DNA of 58,708 bases, the filler included, from Nemertoderma westbladi (taxonomy: Eukaryota; Animalia; Xenacoelomorpha): NCBI GenBank assembly GCA_032718475.1. It is 3 parts of 3 records of this genome, joined end to end, with 100 filler letters (N's around TTAATTAATTAA, not from the genome) between each part and the next. Parts side by side here need not be neighbours in the genome. Positions count along the whole stretch, not along the records: positions 45,644 to 58,708 come from JAUCBJ010006797.1; 2 more parts are not named here. One strand, given 5' to 3'. The position numbers and the translations under genes are program-made. This document shows, piece by piece, positions 51,691 through 58,708 of the stretch; the first letter of the stretch is position 1, and every line of letters begins with the position of its first letter. A model generated the notes under the pieces. That model ran no database searches. It was not told where the DNA came from and worked only from the letters and a program-made list of their open reading frames with translations.

Positions 51691-54600
51691 GTATGCTACG
51701 GAATTAGAGCAAAATTTAATGAGGATTTCAAATCTGAAAATGGCTTGGCGCGATCTGTTGTGTGCATTTTCATTACCTGAAGAAGCCCTGTTGGGAGAAA
51801 GCTTGTAATACTGTAAGCTGTTGTTATTAATTCAATTAGTCATACCTGAGGTCAAACCACCCTACCCTAACTGTTTAGTATGATAATTCCTTCTTAAGTG
51901 CTAAACCGAGATCGCTTTTAGTTTTCGAGTTGTCACTGTCTCTCCATGTCTGCCGGTCTGACCGTCAACATGTAGGTTTAGATAGATAGCCAGACTAAAG
52001 GTCAGACAGAATAGATTCTACCGAACATAAAAATTTACATTGGAAACTTAAGTCAAAATATTATGGAAAGTGAAAAATAATCACGTAGAAAAATTGCGTA
52101 GGGTTATAAAAAACTAGTAATTTATGGAAATTTTAAACCAACAATCTGAAGGCAAACAGTAATTTGTGTTTTACTAGAAATGACTTTTTTGACTTACTGT
52201 CTTTTCACATTGCAGGGCAGAGGGGTAGGGGTCACACTGCGAAGGGTAAAAAAATGCAAATTATTTGTAATTGATTTTAGGTCAACATTTGGTGGCAAAT
52301 ACAAAACCTCGTTATTGAAAAAGGTTTTCAATATCTTTCTTAGTTTTAATTATAAAGCGGTTTAATTAAGGCGATTTTAGCTCACTAAAATATAGTTATC
52401 TAAACTTGAAATGTATTTTTCCCAAAAGTGCTTTTTTCACTAAAAATCTAAATCCTCCGCAATTTATTAACGGATTTCAGTTGTTTATTTATAACTTTTG
52501 ATGAGGCAAAATATTGAAATTCCGCCCAATTACTTTGTAGACACAATCATTAATTGCCATCAATTTCCCCATAATGACAATATATTACCAAATATGTATT
52601 TAGTAGGGTTAAAACAATAAGGAAAGGTGCAGCAGGTTACAATGTCGGTGTTTCATAACCAAAACAATAAACAAAACTTAATTTGATCAAATGACCATTA
52701 TAATTATTTAGACACCAAATTTGAACATTAGAAAGCATAAAATAAAAATGAAATGGTCTTTATTGCTGATAGAAAAACAGTTAGCTATATTTTTCTCATA
52801 ACTGGAATAAAAGGAGTCTCGTTTGCATCGCGTATTCTTTAAGACCTGGGACTTCGAGTAATGGTAAGCCTTCATGGCCGCGGAATAAATTATAAGGTAG
52901 TGCTGACTAAAACGTAGACGTATTTTTCCGCCGTCAAAATGTGTCGACGCGATTCAGTATTTAATTATATTAATTGCTTTTCATTTTTCACTTAATTAAA
53001 AGAAATCCGAATATAGGAATAATATAACTTAGCAATGAGTAGACCTATTAGGTTAACCAATAATATTGCTTCAAATTTCCATGTCCCTAGGAAACTGCCA
53101 TTCAACCTATGATATGCGATCTTGTTCCTTTAACAAAATATTGCCTTTATTATTATCTGGGATTTTAATTCTACTTGTGGTGCGCATTGAAAAGGTGAAA
53201 AAAGTGATCTCCAACGTAAATTGGTCAATATGAAATAAAGTTTTGTTTATTTATTTGATAAGAAACTCCGTCACTGTAACCTGCTCCTTTGCCTTAATGT
53301 TTTAAATTGAATTAGATTAATTTTTTAAACCCACTAAATATCCGATCGGTATGTTCAATTTGCACCAATAACTCAAATTTCTAGAATAAGAGATTATAGC
53401 TCATTAGTACCGACAGACTCTTTTATAGATGGATAGTTGGATGGATATGGATAGAAACTGGGAGGCTTTTACGCTACAAAACTAATTCACCGTGAGTGGG
53501 GAATAAGTGCATTATGCAATAAAAAATAAAAAAAGTGCAAAGTATTGTTCTTAAAAAAAACAAAAATTATTGTTGGCTGAATAGTTGCATCGTTCCAAAT
53601 AATATAATATAACATGTCAGACGACGTACACACATTACACGCACGCAACAAATAACATATAAGGAATATAGCACCCTATTATCATTTAGAGTTTGTTTGA
53701 AACAGAGTAAAGAAAACAAACTACGTGAAATCAAAAGGTTAGATGAGTCATCCGTACAGATAAAGACGAGATTCACTTTTGGGGCGCCGCAGTGCTGATT
53801 ACATCCAATTTCTTCGTTATATTTCCTTGATTCACATTTAACCCCTCAGGTGTGTGTGTGTGTAGGGGGACCATCTACTGATGGGCACATTGTACTCGCT
53901 GGCCCCCCGGGGGTCCCTCGTTGTCCTCGTCGTCGCTGTTGTAAGCGGCCCCGCCCCGCTCCGCCCCGGGGTCCGCGCCGTCCCGATGCGGATCCAACTC
54001 GTCTAGGTTCACTTCCTCGTGATCCTCTGGGATCGCGGGGACAGGGGGCCGAGGTCCCAGTAGCTTCTCCAGTAACTGGAAAATAAATATATTGCTGTTA
54101 CTAAAGGCAATGTTAGTGTTTCTTGGAATATTTTTCCTTTTGAAAAAGAAATCATCTAATTATTTTAAAATTTTCCTAACTTTAATTATTAATTACGTTT
54201 TATTTTTGTGCCACAAATAAAATATCAAATTGTACTTGCGGGCAATATTTATATGTGTATTTCAAAATATTAACAAATTTATGTAAATATATATTGAAGT
54301 TGTGAACTTGACATGAACTTGCTGATACTGACCCGAGATACGAGTTTTAATATTAGGTTTTTAGTTTCGGTTTTCGTAATTAGTTAAACGTTATCATTAA
54401 TATTACAGAATACCGATAGAGCATTATCTGACCTACACAGTAATTGAACAAGAGATTAAACAGGTTGAATGGTTTGGCCAAGTTAATTAATTAAACTTAT
54501 TTGCAGATATTAATTAATTCAACTCGCTGTAAATTGAGTCTATCTACAGCCCCAGCCAATGGATATTTGCTATCATTAAATAATAATTATTTATCACAAT

Positions 54601-54866
54601 ACAAAACTCACCATACCCACACCCTCATCCAGTTGCATAACCAATAATTCATAGAGTATGTGTGCTGTTGATTTGTTTACATTATAGATATACCAATCCC
54701 TTTATGTACAATATGTAGAAAACTACAACTAACTGTCCCAATATTTATTTTACAATATAATTTATAGCAGAAATATAATAAACTCATTTATTGTGTTCAA
54801 AGATATATAATACTAAGCATTTGGTGCTGTAATTCACAAATTCGTGCTAAATTATTGTAGGGCACC

Positions 54867-56324
54867 ATGGATATCAACACTACAGAGGAAGACAGAGATG
54901 TTGATACCGATTATGGGCTCCCGAACGAAGCACAGCCTCTTCTGGAGGTATCATCCAGGAGTTACGTATCAAGGAGTACACGGAGCGGAAGAAATAGACC
55001 GCAGATGCGTCGAACGGGCACTTTTCTGTCGTTGAGTACGGTCTACCGAAGACCCGAATCGGGTGAACCCAAACTCACCACCATGGATGCCTTCTTAAAC
55101 ACAACCAACATCGTGCAGGGAATGTTTATGATCAGCTTACCCTACTGCATTTATCTGGGAGGTTACGTAGCACTGGTTATCATCGTTGTGAGCGCGGCTG
55201 TAACCTGTTACACAGGCCGCCTGCTGGGTTCCTGCCTCTACGACACCTTCCCGGATGGGTCACGAATACGTGCCAGGGACACCTACGAAGCTATTGCCTA
55301 CGAGGTTTGGCATAGCAACGTAAGCGCGACCACAGTGCGACTGGCGCAGTTTATAGAAGGTTTTATGGCGTGCGTCCTGTATCTCATTCTCAGCGGAGGT
55401 CTCCTCACTAAAGCCTTCCCAGGGTTAGACAATGCTGTCGGACTAGGCGTCCACACATGGACCATGATATCAATAGCTCCACTTGTGTTCTGTATATTTC
55501 TTAAGGACTATAAGCTGGTAGCTAAGACCAGTTTATGGTGCGCTGTGGCCAGTGCCATCGTCAATGTCCTCATTCTGGGCTACTGCTTCGTCAATGCGCC
55601 TTACTGGCAGTTCAGCGCCGTTACTCCTTACGGTAAGTCTTACGAAACACTCCCTGTCGCTATCGGCCTCATCATTGTCAGCTACGCAGGTCATATGATA
55701 TTTGCGCCCATGGAAGGAGCAATGGCCGACAGGAGTAAATACAACAAGGCTTTGAATTGGGCATTTGGAGTTGGAGGAGTATCGAAGGCCCTGTTTGCTT
55801 GGATCTGTTTCATAACCTTTGCCGAAAATACTGATGAAGTCATCTCAAATAACTTTGGAAATCGAATGGTTGAAAATAAGTACAAATTTAGCGTTGTCGT
55901 TAAAGTCGATTCTGTCGTATCCTCTAGTATTCCTTGCAGGAGTTGAACTTTTAGAAAACTGGGCATCCTTGCTAAGAATGCTGATGAATTGCTTGACCAC
56001 CATCTCTGACCCCAGAAGGAAGTTTAAAGTTGGGGGCTGTGGCTATCAGGCTATTTTATGTTATAATCGGGTTGCTAATGGCCTTGTTCCTTCCATACTT
56101 TGCTATCCTCTCCGGTTTAGTTGGAAATATTACGGGAATGTTGATATCCTTTATATTCCCACCGCTGTTTAATCTTCGACTCAACTGGGGTAGACTTCCA
56201 TGGTGGCAGAAACTCGTTAGACATGTCTATTATAGTAATCGGTTTCATTACCAGTGGCTTTGGGGTCTATTACTCAGCTTTAGCTCTCGTGCGAGCCATA
56301 TCAGACGACCTGAGTAAGAACTGA
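54867..56324 (+). CDS. Vesicular inhibitory amino acid transporter-like (SLC32/VGAT family), intronless, three apparent frameshifts
   Basis: NTTNIVQGMFMISLPY, CYTGRLLGSCLY, RIRARDTY, IGLIIVSY, KSILSYPLVFLAGVELLE, PYFAILSGLVGNITG parallel VGAT motifs; frameshifts near 55855, ~55960-56030 and ~56215; stop TGA at 56322-56324. Confidence 0.85.
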
Positions 56325-56762
56325 TCTTGAGTGATGTTACGTACCCGCTGAATTGAATTCCATATTACGAGTGTTTGTATTCTCAGTTAAATTTAACAAC
56401 CTAGATTGCATATATTCTAAATATGTTTTAACAAAGGTTATCTATCCATCATTAGTTTAATTTAACAATTTCAGTGCATACTATAATTGTTTTAACATAG
56501 TTTATGATCCTAAGTTTGTTTTAACAAAGTTTATCAATCATATGTTTATTCTCAGGTAGTTCATACATTCCAGGTTTACTTAACGAAAGTTTATTTAACA
56601 ATGTCGAGGCATACTATATATATTTTAACATAGTTTATAACATATATATCCTAAGTTTGTTTTAATAAATGTATCATTAGTTTATTTTTTAAAAGTGAAT
56701 TAATCCTGTTTATTTTGACCAGGCATTTTAATTCTAGGTTTTAAGTGGGGTTTCCTTAATAA

Positions 56763-57028
56763 CACTCATTATATACGACCAAACAACTAACAGATTCAAC
56801 ACGTCCGTCTACCGGAAACCAACCTTCACTGGTCTGTACTCATTACATACGACCAAACAACTAACAGATTCAACACGTCTGTCTACCGGAAACCAACCTT
56901 CACTGGTCTGTACTCATTACATACGACCAAATAACTAACAGATTCAACACGTCCGTCTACCGGAAACCAACCTTCACTGGTCTGTACTCATTACATAACG
57001 ACCAAACAACTAACAGATTCAACACGTT
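56763..57028 (+). repeat. 74-bp tandem repeat (~3.6 copies) derived from a Penelope-like RT fragment
   Basis: Each unit translates LITYDQTTNRFNTSVYRKPTFTGLY; TSVYRKPT is characteristic of Penelope-like element RTs. Confidence 0.8.
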
Positions 57029-57626
57029 CACTAGTGTGGGGTGCCAATATATCCACCTCAGTCTCACATACAGTAAACCATCTCACTAGAGTGGGGTGCC
57101 AATATATCCAACTCAGTCTCACATACAGTAACCCCTCTCACTAGTGTGGGGTGCCAATATATCCACCTCAGTCTCACATACAGTAAACCCTGTCACTAGA
57201 GTGGGGGTGCCAATATATCCACCTCAGTCTCACATACAGTAAACCCTGTCACTAGAGTGGGGTGCCAATATATCCACCTCAGTCTCACATACAGTAAACC
57301 CTGTCACTAGAGTGGGGGTGCCAATATATCCACCTCAGTCTCACATACAGTAAACCATCTCACTAGAGTGGGGTGCCAATATATACAACTCAGTCTCACA
57401 TACAGTAAACCCTCTCACTAGTGTGGGGTGCCATATACCCACCTCAGTCTCACATACAGTAAACCATCTCACTAGAGTGGGGTGCCAATATATCCAACTC
57501 AGTCTCACATACAGTAACCCCTCTCACTAGTGTGGGGTGCCAATATATCCACCTCAGTCTCACATACAGTAAACCCTGTCACTAGAGTGGGGGTGCCAAT
57601 ATATCCACCTCAGTCTCACATACAGT
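57029..57626. repeat. ~55-bp tandem repeat (~11 copies)
   Basis: Unit cactagagtggggtgccaatatatccacctcagtctcacatacagtaaaccctgt. Confidence 0.95.
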
Positions 57627-58033
57627 TCCCTCCAATTGTAGAAGAGTATAAGGTGATGTATACAAAACAAAATAAATTTCTTCCAACCAATCTAAATAAC
57701 ATAATAATTCTACTATTTACAAATATTGCCATAGATATTGCATAATGAATTACATACAAATTAAATTTACAAAATATTGTTTCTCGTTCATTCTTACTAC
57801 ATAATGATTACTACATACAAAATCAAATATAAAATTTGCTAGGGCAAGTGAAAGGAGTAAGCCAAACCCGCAGGTTTGTCTCCCCAATCACTTCCTTCGC
57901 CTCTTTCATAATATAAATTCAAATAACTCAACTAGTGTATATGAGTCTAGTCGAAGATTTTCAAATGCTACAATATACATCAGAGCGACGATGATGTATA
58001 TATCTAGAGTCTGTCGCCCTGTGCCATAATGTA

Positions 58034-58648
58034 TTATCGACCCGCTCCTGGGTTCTTTGGGCTCGCTCCTCTCTTTCGCCCCCTTCCCAGATACACTAAT
58101 CTACCTCCAGTCGACTCCGTTGACGGCGTCCGTGAGGCGTCACTCCCCGGAACCGACGACGACGTTCCCTGAGCCCCGACAGATTCTCGGCTCGAACTTC
58201 TCCCTCGGCCTCGTCCCAATTGTCGCGCTCCCGTGGTCGCTTCCGCCAACTCTTCCTTCTGCAGTTGCACACGCGCTTTCTCAGACGCCCCCTGCGCCTT
58301 GCGCTGCAACCTTTGCGCTTCTATAATAGACGCTTTCGTCCTTCTGGGCTCCTCCCCGAGGCGCACCCACGAGGCGGACGTGTTTCCACCACCCCTGGGG
58401 CCAGTCCGACTGATGTTATTATCAGACCGGGCCGGGGGGGTGGCCCGATGCTTCCCGGGTTCAATTTTCAATTCCCCGATCACACCGGCACAGCTCGTCG
58501 AACGTGTAGCCAGATGGGCGGCTACTGTCAACTCACTGTGGCCTGACTGTACATTGAGCCAACTCAGAGAGTCAACCGGCAGGTGGACCAGTCGATAGCG
58601 ATCGAGCACCAAGGTCGCCCTTGGGCCTAACCGACGGTCTTGTCCCAT
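58034..58648 (-). CDS. GC-rich Arg/Gly/Ser-rich ORF of unknown nature, possibly mobile-element derived
   Basis: 204-aa open frame with a coiled-coil-like stretch and basic tail; runs close to the window edge; no diagnostic motif. Confidence 0.25.
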   Translation of the reverse strand: MGQDRRLGPRATLVLDRYRLVHLPVDSLSWLNVQSGHSELTVAAHLATRSTSCAGVIGELKIEPGKHRATPPARSDNNISRTGPRGGGNTSASWVRLGEEPRRTKASIIEAQRLQRKAQGASEKARVQLQKEELAEATTGARQLGRGRGRSSSRESVGAQGTSSSVPGSDASRTPSTESTGGRLVYLGRGRKRGASPKNPGAGR

Positions 58649-58708
58649 GTGGGCTTGCGCTACCCAACATGGAATTTTGACTCGTTTTCACCTGCCTCGC
58701 CGGCAGTA

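Overview
AT-rich animal (probably marine invertebrate) genomic DNA made of three contigs joined by artificial 100-bp spacers (44 N + TTAATTAATTAA + 44 N at 27893-27992 and 45544-45643). Two host genes are visible: a minus-strand multi-exon secreted protein (signal peptide, PAN/apple, TSP1-like, cbEGF; exons between 16290 and 2444) and an intronless, frameshifted SLC32/VGAT-like transporter (54867-56324). The rest is mostly nested mobile DNA: two LINE families, Gypsy and BEL/Pao remnants, a solo LTR, a MULE MITE, a Harbinger fragment, a tRNA-derived SINE, DINE/Helentron-like repeats and several satellites. The standout is a 4.4-kb DNA transposon at 2905-7321 with TATGG...CCATA ends, ~250-bp TIRs and a near-perfect 6-bp TSD (IS3EU-like). 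It encodes an integrase-type DDE transposase and, convergently, an uninterrupted intronless alpha-kinase. Two more elements with similar ends (33020-36560, 48296-51690) contain 21-22-bp satellite arrays. All family assignments are from motif recognition only; no searches were run.
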